From positions 114,610 to 178,609 of IMG/VR virus record IMGVR_UViG_3300036766_000416: a stretch of 64,000 bases of DNA; one strand, written 5' to 3'. Shown piece after piece: positions 46,529 to 56,188 of the stretch (position 1 is its first letter; each line of letters opens with the position of its first letter). The position numbers and the translations under genes are program-made. The notes below the pieces were generated by a model. The model worked only from the letters and a program-made list of their open reading frames with translations, had not been told where the DNA came from and searched no databases. The DNA comes from a virus.

Positions 46529-48484
46529 ATGCGCTCACTTAAAACCCATATAACCGAACTAGCAGACCCAAAATTTGTGAAACCTATCAAGACCGAGTAT
46601 CACTATACCGGGAAAATAAACGGTAAAACCTTTGTGGTTCCTCACTCCTACAACTATGAAATGAACATTGGTGGCAAAATCAATCCGATGCATCATCATA
46701 TCGTGACGTCGTTGAACCATACGATCCACAACAATCCAACACTCACACCAGAAGAGCATGCAAGGGTCCACGCGCATATCGCCTTACATCACGGTGAACG
46801 AGAGTCGGCAAAGTTGGAGGAGGGTATGGGGTCTCATAAGGTACCCGTGTATCACTCAGACCGCAAGACACTCCTGGGGCACGTAAAATCCTCAGCAACC
46901 TCTGTGGGTGCCGCCAAGGTCGCTAAGTCGAAGTCCACTTCGTTTGAGCGAGTGAACGGAAAGTATGCGTGGGTGTCTAGTGACCCTGCAGTAAAGAAGT
47001 TGGAAGAGCATCGGTACCTGGGTTTCGACCACAAAGGTGGACAGCACGATATTCAAGCGACCTCAACCTGTGACGCGCACCTCAAGGTGGCTGCGAAAGC
47101 CAACACACCCAAGAGTCAAGACCACAAGATCCATGTGCATTTGCATACACTCGATACACCAGAAGGACCAAAAGAGGTCCGACATGACACCATGTTTGAG
47201 GAAACAGAGGAATCCATGATACAAGAAGGTCGACCAATCCGCGGTGACGTATTCCATCACCACCAGACATTGATTGCTAAGAAAACACTCAAGATGAGCG
47301 ATGCCGGCGCACGTATCATGGGTGGACAAACGAAAGAAGAAGCCCGAGCGCACCTCAAGAAAATGGGCTGGACACAGAAACAAATCCACCAGCACGAACA
47401 CGAACTGAACGAACGTACCCTCACAGGTGCCGAGGACACCAAAAAGGAAGAAATTGTCCATAGCATGAAAAAGAAACTCCAAGGTTTCAAAGCACGCTAT
47501 GGTGACAAAGCCAAGAGTGTGATGTATGCAACTGCAACCAAACAGGCCAAGAGATTGGCAGAAGAGGAAGTTATGAACAATGAAGAAACACTGACCGAAG
47601 GTCTCCATGCCTACAAGGTCATCCACAAGGGCAGAGAGATTGACAAAAGAAAACATGCCGGTAAATTATTTCGAGAGGCGATCAAGTACGGAGATGAAGT
47701 AACCATCTCCCACAACTACGGAATAGACAGCGGCAAACAAGGCACCGTGCTTCATCCGAATAAAGTTCGCACCAATGAGCGCGGGGTACCAACGGATGTT
47801 CCAGGCGCCTATAAGCCTGTCGACCATAAGAAAGAGCATGTTGTGAAACTTCACAGTGGATCATATGCTGTTGTACCAAAAGGATCACTTACAAAACTAA
47901 AAGAGGACTCTATGTTGAAAGAATCCGAACAACTCGACGAACTCAGCAAGGGTACGCTCAAGAGCTATATCAAGAAGGCAAGTCCATCGTTGGGATACCA
48001 TTCTTATGTGGCTGGTTCAGATACTCGCAGATCAGAAACAGCGAAGAAGGCGGCCCGTAGCTTCTTTGCCAAGCAAGGAGAAGAATCCGACAAAATCTCT
48101 AAGCGCCGCGAAAAGGGTATCCAACAGGCCGCGAGCAAGCTGGAGGAATCCTCAAGCGCACTAAACGAATTTTCAAATACACCCAAGAAACCCGGTTCCT
48201 TGGAATTGTGGCATAATGAGAAGGTGAAACAAGAGAAGGAAATGTCTGAGAGAATGAAGAGGGAAAAGTCCAAAACACTCAACACCATCCGAGAGGTACT
48301 CTCAGAATCCTTTACCCGCAAGCACTTCAAGGCGATTGCTGAGGTCATCAAGTCTCATACAGACGCCAACACACGACAGAAACTTGCTGACGCCCACGCG
48401 AACGCTTTTACAAAGGATAATCCGAGATTTTCACACGAAAAATTTCATGCGGCCGCCGGAACAACATATACTAAGGCAAAATAA
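46529..48484 (+). CDS. Modular His/Lys-rich protein with many L/I-X-E motifs; candidate internal head polyprotein (start 46529)
   Basis: N-terminal MRSLKTHITE; LEE/LNE/LKE/LDE delimited short modules, including LDELSKGTLKSY. Confidence 0.55.
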   Translation: MRSLKTHITELADPKFVKPIKTEYHYTGKINGKTFVVPHSYNYEMNIGGKINPMHHHIVTSLNHTIHNNPTLTPEEHARVHAHIALHHGERESAKLEEGMGSHKVPVYHSDRKTLLGHVKSSATSVGAAKVAKSKSTSFERVNGKYAWVSSDPAVKKLEEHRYLGFDHKGGQHDIQATSTCDAHLKVAAKANTPKSQDHKIHVHLHTLDTPEGPKEVRHDTMFEETEESMIQEGRPIRGDVFHHHQTLIAKKTLKMSDAGARIMGGQTKEEARAHLKKMGWTQKQIHQHEHELNERTLTGAEDTKKEEIVHSMKKKLQGFKARYGDKAKSVMYATATKQAKRLAEEEVMNNEETLTEGLHAYKVIHKGREIDKRKHAGKLFREAIKYGDEVTISHNYGIDSGKQGTVLHPNKVRTNERGVPTDVPGAYKPVDHKKEHVVKLHSGSYAVVPKGSLTKLKEDSMLKESEQLDELSKGTLKSYIKKASPSLGYHSYVAGSDTRRSETAKKAARSFFAKQGEESDKISKRREKGIQQAASKLEESSSALNEFSNTPKKPGSLELWHNEKVKQEKEMSERMKREKSKTLNTIREVLSESFTRKHFKAIAEVIKSHTDANTRQKLADAHANAFTKDNPRFSHEKFHAAAGTTYTKAK

Positions 48485-49050
48485 TGGAAGCGTTTGTTTA
48501 TTGCTGGACAGACTTCTTGACCAATAAACTCTATGTCGGAGTTCATAAAGGAACTCCAGAGGATGGGTACATCTGTTCAAGTAAGATAATGTTGGAAGAA
48601 TACAATAAGAGACCGCAAGATTTTTCTAGGCAAATTATTGCTTCTGGTTTATACAAAGAAATGTATGTTCTGGAGACAGCAATATTGAAGGCAGCTAAAG
48701 CAGACAGGGACCCGGGGTACTATAACCTACACCTAAATAATGGCAAATTCAGCAATGAAGGTTTCAAACACTCGGAACAAACTAAAAGTGAATTGAGCAA
48801 AATAGCTTTAGGAAGGATTCCTTGGAATAAAGGAAAAACGGGGCTTCAAGTGGCTTGGAATAAGGGAAAAAAGAGGGATACGCCATGGAATGTGGGAGTT
48901 CCAAAGAATGAATTTATTAAATTAAAAATCAGTATGAAATTGAAGGGGAGAATTCCTTGGAACAAGGGAAAGACTGGACTGCAAGTGGCCTGGAATAAGG
49001 GAAAGATCGGATTACAAGTAGCTTGGAATAAGGGAAAAAGGAAAACATAA
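48484..49050 (+). CDS. GIY-YIG-like homing endonuclease with WNKGK repeats
   Basis: FVYCWTD..NKLYVGVHKG..GYICSS, YYNLH. Confidence 0.8.
   Translation: MEAFVYCWTDFLTNKLYVGVHKGTPEDGYICSSKIMLEEYNKRPQDFSRQIIASGLYKEMYVLETAILKAAKADRDPGYYNLHLNNGKFSNEGFKHSEQTKSELSKIALGRIPWNKGKTGLQVAWNKGKKRDTPWNVGVPKNEFIKLKISMKLKGRIPWNKGKTGLQVAWNKGKIGLQVAWNKGKRKT
48811..49040 (+). repeat. Degenerate coding tandem repeats (P/A)WNKGK (NUMOD3-like)
   Basis: GRIPWNKGKTGLQVAWNKGK occurs twice, plus GLQVAWNKGK and PWNVG. Confidence 0.8.
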
Positions 49051-49051
49051 C

Positions 49052-50395
49052 ATGCCAAAGAAATTCAAGGAACTCACAGCTAAACTCAGCGAATCGAAGT
49101 ATGGGGATGCAATGTCATCGCGGTTACCTAGTCACCTGGATGATCCTCGTGACAAAGGAACTGTGAAACCATCGGCTGCTTACCTCAAAGCAAAAAAGAA
49201 ACGTGCATTGCATTTTGCTAATAAGGGTGACATTCAGGTGAAAAAATCTGTCTATGAGTCCTATCGTGACCAAGCACTGGAAGAATCTGTGGGCTCAGTG
49301 CCCAATGCAGCATTCAATGAGAGTGGTCCAGAAACCTACAAAGTCGGAGATAAGGTTCATGTTGGTGTGGGCACTAAGGGTGGAGCAGGCCATGTGGGAA
49401 TAATCCATAAGATGAATTCAGATGAGGTGCATGTTAAGATTGGTGTTGATAAGTATGGGGATCGAATCATTCGTGCTCCCCATCGTCTTGTAAGTCTCCA
49501 TGAGGACACTTCGGGTGGGGGCTACAAAGTCGGAGACCGTGTGGTACCTAAAATCGGACCACACAAAGGTGAGATGCATCGGGTAATCCATGTTCACGAT
49601 ACGGGTCACTTGAATATCACTCCAGAAAATAAGCAACACAAGAATCGCTATCACCTTGGAGCAGCCAAGGCGCACCCAAATGATGTGACACGCGCTGAGA
49701 AGTTGGAAGAATCCTTCAAAACTTGGGTTCATACAGGTCATCCATTTCACAAAGCGGTTGAGCACGCCAAGGATAGAGGACATAGAATCACCTATGGCAC
49801 TCAGTCAAAAAAGTGGCACGTCATTGGACCCAATGACCGAGACTATCACACCTCGTTTGCCCTGGACCCTGATGAAGCGCATCGACAGGGAGAAGCTACG
49901 TCATTGTTGAGTTCGACGAGTGCGCGAAGATTGGAAGAATCCAAGCACCCAGAAGGTATGACCAACTTTGGTAAAAAAATAAAACTAAAAGATTATTTTG
50001 ATCCTTTCAAGCATAAAAAAGGTGTTTCAGATAAGCAGGAGCCGCGCACAGGTCTCGAAAGCAAGAAATACCGAAACCTTGCTGAGAATCCTATCGTTCG
50101 TGAAGCCTTTGAGGCTGCGAAAGCAAAAAAAAAGGATAGCAACCTGAAGCCTAATGACTTCCAGGAACCCAAGGATATGAAGTCGCCTGGGCAGCAGGAC
50201 CCACAGCAAGCGGACCTCCAAGCGAAGCCCGCACCGTTTGGTGGACAGCAACCACAAGGTGCCCCAGAGAAACAGAGCAACGCACCGAAGCCAGAAAAGA
50301 AAACTGACAAGCTGACCGTCAAGGGACCTGGGGTTGAGGATGCCTTTCAAAAGGAACCAACTGTTGCAGGTTTGACAACACTTGTTAAGGCCTAA
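49052..50395 (+). CDS. Modular protein with L-X-E-delimited SH3/KOW-like repeats; candidate internal head polyprotein
   Basis: YKVGDKV and YKVGDRV modules (DNA repeat CTACAAAGTCGGAGA); LSE, LEE x3, LHE, LAE. Confidence 0.55.
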   Translation: MPKKFKELTAKLSESKYGDAMSSRLPSHLDDPRDKGTVKPSAAYLKAKKKRALHFANKGDIQVKKSVYESYRDQALEESVGSVPNAAFNESGPETYKVGDKVHVGVGTKGGAGHVGIIHKMNSDEVHVKIGVDKYGDRIIRAPHRLVSLHEDTSGGGYKVGDRVVPKIGPHKGEMHRVIHVHDTGHLNITPENKQHKNRYHLGAAKAHPNDVTRAEKLEESFKTWVHTGHPFHKAVEHAKDRGHRITYGTQSKKWHVIGPNDRDYHTSFALDPDEAHRQGEATSLLSSTSARRLEESKHPEGMTNFGKKIKLKDYFDPFKHKKGVSDKQEPRTGLESKKYRNLAENPIVREAFEAAKAKKKDSNLKPNDFQEPKDMKSPGQQDPQQADLQAKPAPFGGQQPQGAPEKQSNAPKPEKKTDKLTVKGPGVEDAFQKEPTVAGLTTLVKA

Positions 50396-50400
50396 GGAAA

Positions 50401-50408
50401 CATAAATA
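50401..50408 (+). promoter_or_regulatory. Late-promoter-like box
   Basis: CATAAATA, 5 nt before a HEG ATG that lacks an SD. Confidence 0.45.
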
Positions 50409-50413
50409 GCATT

Positions 50414-51025
50414 ATGGTGTATGGAATAATTTATCGTTATACAAATAAGGTCAATGGCAAGGTCTACATAGGGCAGACCAAGAACCCTAGTAGGAGAAAG
50501 GCTGACCATAAGAGTTGTTGTTTGAATGGAAGGGGTAGTTACCTCCATACCTCTATGAGGAAGCATGGATTTGATAATTTTCTTTATGAAGAGATTGATA
50601 CGGCAATTGATAAACAGTCTCTCGATCTTCTTGAGAAACATTATATTCAAATACACGACTCAAATACACCTGAACGAGGATATAATTTGACCGTGGGTGG
50701 CCCGGGCATCATGGAGGGTCGCAAGCACACAATGCTTTCTAAGCAAAGGATGAGCGTCACTAAAAAAGGTATACCTAACTTTAGATTGAGGAATCACACC
50801 AGAACCTCATCGCATTGCTCTAACATATCATTATCAAAGAAGGGGTCCATTCCTACTGCTACAATCAAACGTTGGGAAGTGACAACACCAACGGGGGAAG
50901 TGTTGCGACCGTTTAATTTGGCACAATACGCTAGAGATAATAAATTGAATCGCGGGCATTTAGCGAATAGTGGCCGAATACATCGAACGCATAAGGGGTA
51001 TCGTGCGATAGAGTTAACATCATGA
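50414..51025 (+). CDS. GIY-YIG homing endonuclease
   Basis: GIIYRYTNKVNGKVYIGQT, GYNLTVGG. Confidence 0.88.
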   Translation: MVYGIIYRYTNKVNGKVYIGQTKNPSRRKADHKSCCLNGRGSYLHTSMRKHGFDNFLYEEIDTAIDKQSLDLLEKHYIQIHDSNTPERGYNLTVGGPGIMEGRKHTMLSKQRMSVTKKGIPNFRLRNHTRTSSHCSNISLSKKGSIPTATIKRWEVTTPTGEVLRPFNLAQYARDNKLNRGHLANSGRIHRTHKGYRAIELTS

Positions 51026-51528
51026 TACGTGACCCAGGGTCGATTATTTATTCGGATTCCGATGGAGTTCTTTGTGACTTTATGAAGGGAGCAGAAAAGG
51101 TATTAGGACACCCATTTGACAATGCTCATCGTAAAGAAAATGGTGACCTTTTGAATGCTCATGTGGGGTTTTGGGAAACCCTACCTCCAATGCCTGACTG
51201 GAAAGTTTTGTGGGGGTTTATTGAAAAGTTTCACCCTCATATTTTGACTGCTGTACCCTCGGGACCGTGGGGTTTTGATTTCCATAAGGTTGAACGAGGT
51301 AAGCGCGAATGGTACCGCAGACACATACCTTCGTTACCCCAGAATCGAATTCATGTGGTGTATCGAGAGCAAAAATCAGATTATGCAGTAAATAATAAAA
51401 TGCTGGGCATATTGATTGACGATAACGCAAAAAATGTGCAGGAATTCACTAACGCCGGGGGTATTGGTGTTCTGCATCACAATGCGAAATCAACCATTAT
51501 ATTACTGAAAAATTTGGGATATCACTAA
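51022..51528 (+). CDS. HAD-family 5'(3')-nucleotidase-like protein
   Basis: IYSDSDGVLCDF, ILTA, K..W, LIDDN. Confidence 0.8.
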   Translation: MIRDPGSIIYSDSDGVLCDFMKGAEKVLGHPFDNAHRKENGDLLNAHVGFWETLPPMPDWKVLWGFIEKFHPHILTAVPSGPWGFDFHKVERGKREWYRRHIPSLPQNRIHVVYREQKSDYAVNNKMLGILIDDNAKNVQEFTNAGGIGVLHHNAKSTIILLKNLGYH

Positions 51529-51545
51529 CATAAAGGAGAAGTCAC

Positions 51546-52088
51546 ATGAGTCTATGGGGATCAAGAGATTTAGCAAACAACGCACCTAAATTCACGGTGT
51601 TCAGTGGCATCGGGGCTGTAGCGAATGGTGTCTCTGGCAACGGACAGGATTTGTTCGCCAACACCACAGTTGGTGTCTGGCACGCCAACCTGACATTAGG
51701 TGTCGATGGTCTCACAGCCGCCGAGAAAGCGAATACCGCAGGTCCAGCACACGCGGGTTGGGTCAATCGCAAAGAGGGCACTGGTGGTGTTGTATCCATC
51801 GTGCTCACGAACGCGGGTTCAGGGTACACAGGTGGTAACGGATTCATCACCTTCGCGGGTGGTGGAAATGGTAGCGGAGCGAACGCTTCCTACACCGTCA
51901 ATGCTGCGAACAGCAACAGCGTCTCATCGGTGACCTTGGTCAACGGTGGGTTCAACTACAACGCCGCAGCGATCACCGCAAACACCGTTGCAACCTATAC
52001 GGTTCGAGCGACCTTTACGGTCACCGTAGGTGGACGAGCCGGACGCAATCAGTATGAGACCCTGGTGGCTGGTGGAAGCATCGTCTAA
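51546..52088 (+). CDS. Gly/Asn/Thr-rich probable virion structural protein
   Basis: MSLWG start; repeats SIVLTNAGSGY and SVTLVNGGFNY. Confidence 0.55.
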   Translation: MSLWGSRDLANNAPKFTVFSGIGAVANGVSGNGQDLFANTTVGVWHANLTLGVDGLTAAEKANTAGPAHAGWVNRKEGTGGVVSIVLTNAGSGYTGGNGFITFAGGGNGSGANASYTVNAANSNSVSSVTLVNGGFNYNAAAITANTVATYTVRATFTVTVGGRAGRNQYETLVAGGSIV

Positions 52089-52089
52089 G

Positions 52090-52491
52090 ATGCACTCGTT
52101 TGAGGAGTACCTAAGTGAATGCCTGGATGTCGAGGTCGTCGGAGAACCCGGCGCCCTTGAGCTGCATGATCCCGAACATCGGGATGCGCTGAACTTTGCC
52201 TTGCTCGATATCACCGATGCATCACACGATACGCGATTGGTCTATATCGAGATTGCATCAACATTGAGTGGTGCTGGGTACCAGATACCCTCAGTGTCGG
52301 AGTTCCCTGAGTTGTTAGAGTCCGATGGAGAAATCATCATAGGTCTCATTGGACCTGATGGAGACCCAGACCCCTGTGCGCTGTATTTTGCGTTTTCAGA
52401 TCAAGAGATTTTTGCTGAAATAGTCACCGATGAAGAATTGGATGACATAGTGAGTGATACTGATGTACACGATTTACCAAATAAAGAATAA
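52090..52491 (+). CDS. Acidic hypothetical protein with a CTS-like N-terminus (start 52090)
   Basis: MHSFEEYLSE. Confidence 0.55.
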   Translation: MHSFEEYLSECLDVEVVGEPGALELHDPEHRDALNFALLDITDASHDTRLVYIEIASTLSGAGYQIPSVSEFPELLESDGEIIIGLIGPDGDPDPCALYFAFSDQEIFAEIVTDEELDDIVSDTDVHDLPNKE

Positions 52492-52990
52492 ATTGAATGG
52501 TAAAATATACCGAGGATTTACTACTCAGAGACCTCAAAAACGTTGGATAGCACACAAATCACAGGCTAGGACAGGTAAATATAAACATATCCATCTTTAT
52601 TGCGCTCTGAGAAAATATGGTCCTGAGAATTTTTTGTTTGAAATTTTAGAACAAGGTCATGATCATAATTATGGATTAGAAGTACGAGAACCCTTTCTTA
52701 TTGCTGAAATAGATCCACATGTCAGTTATAACATGACCCCGGGCGGAGAAGGTAATCGTAGCTATGTTTGTAGGGCTGAAACTGGTCGAAAAATTAGTGA
52801 AGCTTTGAGAGGGAAGAAGAAACCACCTCGGTCTTTTGAACATGCTTTCAGAATTAGTAAAGCCTTAACGGGGAAAGAATCTCCCCATAAAGGCAAGACT
52901 CAGAGAATCGTTCGATGCCCGCATTGTGGTGTAGAAGGCGGATATTGTGTCATGGGTCGACACCATTTTTATAATTGTAAAATGATTTAA
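52463..52990 (+). CDS. GIY-YIG homing endonuclease (start 52463)
   Basis: TIYQIKNKLNGKIYRG, YNMTPGGEG, CPHC..HHFYNC. Confidence 0.85.
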   Translation: MYTIYQIKNKLNGKIYRGFTTQRPQKRWIAHKSQARTGKYKHIHLYCALRKYGPENFLFEILEQGHDHNYGLEVREPFLIAEIDPHVSYNMTPGGEGNRSYVCRAETGRKISEALRGKKKPPRSFEHAFRISKALTGKESPHKGKTQRIVRCPHCGVEGGYCVMGRHHFYNCKMI

Positions 52991-53003
52991 GAAGAGTCAT
53001 AAT

Positions 53004-53402
53004 ATGCTAGGTTTTGAGAATCTTACAGCAGAAAATGTTTTCGTATATGCTGTAAAAGCTTATGAAAAAAGCAATTATCTTCAAAGCGAACTAAAACAAG
53101 ACCTCAAGTATTTCATCTATGTCAGGCGCCTCCTGCGTCGGTATCATCAGACGGGTGAATTGAAAGAACGACTGACACTCAATCACCTGGTCATTCTGTA
53201 TAATCTCTTTGGGGTACCAGCGGCAACAAGGCTTTTGTATTATTATGTGCGACCAGAAGATTACTCGGTGCTCAAAACATTTCTCTTGTTCCTGGGGTAC
53301 CAACCAGACCGCATTGAAGGTATCCATGGTCTCACAATCCACTCATCGGACCTGTCCGTTGAACAACCTGTAGCAGATGCGCTGAGAAAGATACGCCCAT
53401 GA
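53004..53402 (+). CDS. Conserved T4-like hypothetical protein
   Basis: LTAEN...YAVKAY, LKERLTLNHLVILYNLFG, LKTFLLFL pattern. Confidence 0.65.
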   Translation: MLGFENLTAENVFVYAVKAYEKSNYLQSELKQDLKYFIYVRRLLRRYHQTGELKERLTLNHLVILYNLFGVPAATRLLYYYVRPEDYSVLKTFLLFLGYQPDRIEGIHGLTIHSSDLSVEQPVADALRKIRP

Positions 53403-53776
53403 TCGTCACCTCTATCGCCAAGCAAGCGTACCATGGTGCTGTAGAGAAAAAAGGTGCCCTTGCGACCATCGCCACCATCGTGGCCATTGTCGCCGCTCTT
53501 ATAGGAACCTATGTGACTCTCTCGAATAACTTGACGACCGCTAAGGCTGCTCGTGATGAGCAGATGAAGGGGTACGCAGTCCAGATTGGTGTGCTACACA
53601 CAGAGGTCAATGGACTCAAAGAGGACATCGAGAATATGCGTAAGTGGAATAAATCGATGTCAGAGCGCCTCAATGCCCAAGAGAAATCGGAGCTAGCCCG
53701 ACAATCGGATTCCCTAGAAAACCGAATCAATCGGCTGGAAGATGCAGCCATGAGCGCACAGAGAAAGAAAAAGTAA
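53399..53776 (+). CDS. Membrane-anchored coiled-coil protein
   Basis: N-terminal hydrophobic helix, heptad-rich C-terminus. Confidence 0.55.
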   Translation: MIVTSIAKQAYHGAVEKKGALATIATIVAIVAALIGTYVTLSNNLTTAKAARDEQMKGYAVQIGVLHTEVNGLKEDIENMRKWNKSMSERLNAQEKSELARQSDSLENRINRLEDAAMSAQRKKK

Positions 53777-53777
53777 C

Positions 53778-54464
53778 ATGTATCATATCTACCGTATAAC
53801 TAATAATCTGAATCATAAAGCATACATAGGTTACACGATAGAGAATCCACCGAAAAAACGCTATCGAGCACATATTTACTTAGCACGAAAAGGTTCAACA
53901 AGTCATATTCACAGAGCTATAAGGAAGGATGGAATTACGAATTTTTCTTTTGAAGTTCTCTGTTGGGGAGAGGATCATAAAGCAGGACTGGAGATTGCTG
54001 AACCGTTGATGATTGAGTTGTTTCCGCATGAATATAATATGACGAAAGGTGGAGAGGGAATACTAGGATATAAGCATACTCCAGAACAGAATTTAGCAAA
54101 ATCAGCTAGATCGAAAATTTCTTCTTTGGGGAACAAAAACTGCCTAGGTAAGAAAAATGCCTTAGGAACTAAGCGAACCCCAGAACAATGTCTTGAAATG
54201 TCAATACTTCGAATGGGTCACAAAGGATGCCAGCACACCGAGGAAAGCCTTATGAAAATCCGTGCGGCTAGAGCAAAACAAATAGTTTGGAATAAGGGAA
54301 TAAAGACGGGCCCCCAGTCACCAGAACATATAGCAAAAAGGAGAGGGAGAATTCCCTGGAATAAAGGTCTTTCTGGTGATGTTAGAGTAAAACATAGTGA
54401 ATCAACAAAAAAGAAAATGCTCGGTAGAATCCCTTGGAATAAAGGCGCTGGTGTGGTATGTTAG
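53778..54464 (+). CDS. GIY-YIG homing endonuclease
   Basis: HIYRITNNLNHKAYIG, YNMTKGGEG, PWNKG repeats. Confidence 0.88.
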   Translation: MYHIYRITNNLNHKAYIGYTIENPPKKRYRAHIYLARKGSTSHIHRAIRKDGITNFSFEVLCWGEDHKAGLEIAEPLMIELFPHEYNMTKGGEGILGYKHTPEQNLAKSARSKISSLGNKNCLGKKNALGTKRTPEQCLEMSILRMGHKGCQHTEESLMKIRAARAKQIVWNKGIKTGPQSPEHIAKRRGRIPWNKGLSGDVRVKHSESTKKKMLGRIPWNKGAGVVC

Positions 54465-55552
54465 AATTGGTGATAGAATCTATTGAACCCAGACTAGAAG
54501 ATTATATTGAGGGGTTCTGTCAATTTGTTTACGAAAAATTGGGTGTGATATCCCCACCTACCCTCATCTTTGTTGATCGCACCGGTGCCGCTTCATTTGG
54601 CCACTATAGCCCATCACAGAAATCTGTGACAGTGGCTACCAAAGGTCGCCATATGGCTGATACATTGCGAACAGTTTGTCACGAGATCATTCATCACAAG
54701 CAAATGGAATTAGGACTTATAGAAACACTGTCGTTGTTTGAACTTGAGGCAGAAGCAAATGCTGTAGCGGGTCTCCTGCTTAGAGATGCCAACAAAGAAC
54801 ACCCCGAATGGTATGGTGTCATGGATTCGGTGGGTATCAATAATGACACTGACGAACACGAATCATTTGGTGCCAGAGCAGCCGATCCAACAAGACCTTC
54901 TGGACCTATTGAGTTAGCTGAACTCACTGCCATTCACGAGCGCGTCCGGTCCGGCCGACCTCCTGGTAAACCCATCTCGGTTAAAAAGTTGCCTCCTAGG
55001 GCTTTTAAGATTCAAACGACAAAAGAAGTTGACATTGATCCATCCTATTCTGGTGACGATGTAAAAATTCATGTGCCGAAAAGGATAAAGTATAAACCAA
55101 CAGAATATGGTATGACGACGAGTGAGAAGGCAAAAAAGGAAGCCGAGGAAAAAGAGACGAGAGCGTATGATGAATATACTCTGGACCATAGATTCAGCCA
55201 CTTAAAATATCATCATGCGAAAAACCCTGGAATGGTTAATGAGGATGCTCCTGTCAATGCCGCTGGGTCTGGAGAAATAGCAGGAATTGGTGTCGGACCA
55301 CAGGGAGAACCTGGTATCAAGAAGTCCAAAATGATACACCGCAAACCCAAAAGTGGTCTCGCAACAATTTTTGCTGGTTTTCCACGCAAGACGCTGAAAG
55401 AATATAAGGCCACTATCATCAAGAAATTAAACTGGAATGACATTGAGAAAGATACCGCAGCGTTTGTCAAACCATTGGTCAAGCCAAAAAAGAATCTGAG
55501 ATTCTTGGGGATGCCACACAAATCACTGAAACAATTTATGAAGGGTAAATAG
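54458..55552 (+). CDS. HExxH metallopeptidase-like domain followed by short modules
   Basis: TVCHEIIHHKQ..EAEANAVAG; later VNEDAPVNAAGSGEIAGIG. Confidence 0.6.
   Translation: MLELVIESIEPRLEDYIEGFCQFVYEKLGVISPPTLIFVDRTGAASFGHYSPSQKSVTVATKGRHMADTLRTVCHEIIHHKQMELGLIETLSLFELEAEANAVAGLLLRDANKEHPEWYGVMDSVGINNDTDEHESFGARAADPTRPSGPIELAELTAIHERVRSGRPPGKPISVKKLPPRAFKIQTTKEVDIDPSYSGDDVKIHVPKRIKYKPTEYGMTTSEKAKKEAEEKETRAYDEYTLDHRFSHLKYHHAKNPGMVNEDAPVNAAGSGEIAGIGVGPQGEPGIKKSKMIHRKPKSGLATIFAGFPRKTLKEYKATIIKKLNWNDIEKDTAAFVKPLVKPKKNLRFLGMPHKSLKQFMKGK
55546..55551 (+). promoter_or_regulatory. Late-promoter core
   Basis: TAAATA 6 nt before a HEG ATG. Confidence 0.35.
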
Positions 55553-55557
55553 TCATA

Positions 55558-56187
55558 ATGGAAGCCTTTGTGTATTGCTGGACAGATTTTGGTACTAACA
55601 AACTTTATGTTGGAGTCCACAAAGGAACTCCAGACGATGGCTATGTGTGTTCAAGTAAAATTATGAAAGAAGAATATTTCAAGAGGCCTGAAGATTTTTC
55701 TAGGGAAATTCTAGCAACTGGTGATTGGCCAATGATGTATCAATTGGAAACGTCATTGCTTTCTGCACTTCAAGCCGATAAGGACCCCGGATTTTATAAC
55801 CAACATTTGAACTCTGGGACGTTTTATCAAAAGGGACCAATCGATTCTGAAACCAAAAAGAAGATAAGTTTGGCTCTAAAAGGAAGGCCCCTATCCCCCG
55901 AAACAATCACCAAGCTCTCCGCAGCCCATATGGGTCGCCCACCGTGGAATAAAGGCAAAAAAGGTCTTCAGTCGGGTAAAGATAATCCTTTTTATGGGAA
56001 AACACACTCGCCTATATCGATTGTTGCTATGTCGGTTGCTCACATGGGAAACACACCATGGAATAAAGGCAAACAGGGTCTTCAGGTAGGTTGGAATAAA
56101 GGCATCAAGACTGGTCCACAATCACCAGAACATATAGTAAAAAGAAGTGGCAGAATCCCGTGGAATAAAGGATTGAAAGGAAAATAA
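55558..56187 (+). CDS. GIY-YIG-like homing endonuclease (paralog of 48484)
   Basis: MEAFVYCWTDF.TNKLYVGVHKGTP.DGY.CSSK shared with 48484; PWNKG repeats. Confidence 0.82.
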   Translation: MEAFVYCWTDFGTNKLYVGVHKGTPDDGYVCSSKIMKEEYFKRPEDFSREILATGDWPMMYQLETSLLSALQADKDPGFYNQHLNSGTFYQKGPIDSETKKKISLALKGRPLSPETITKLSAAHMGRPPWNKGKKGLQSGKDNPFYGKTHSPISIVAMSVAHMGNTPWNKGKQGLQVGWNKGIKTGPQSPEHIVKRSGRIPWNKGLKGK

Positions 56188-56188
56188 A

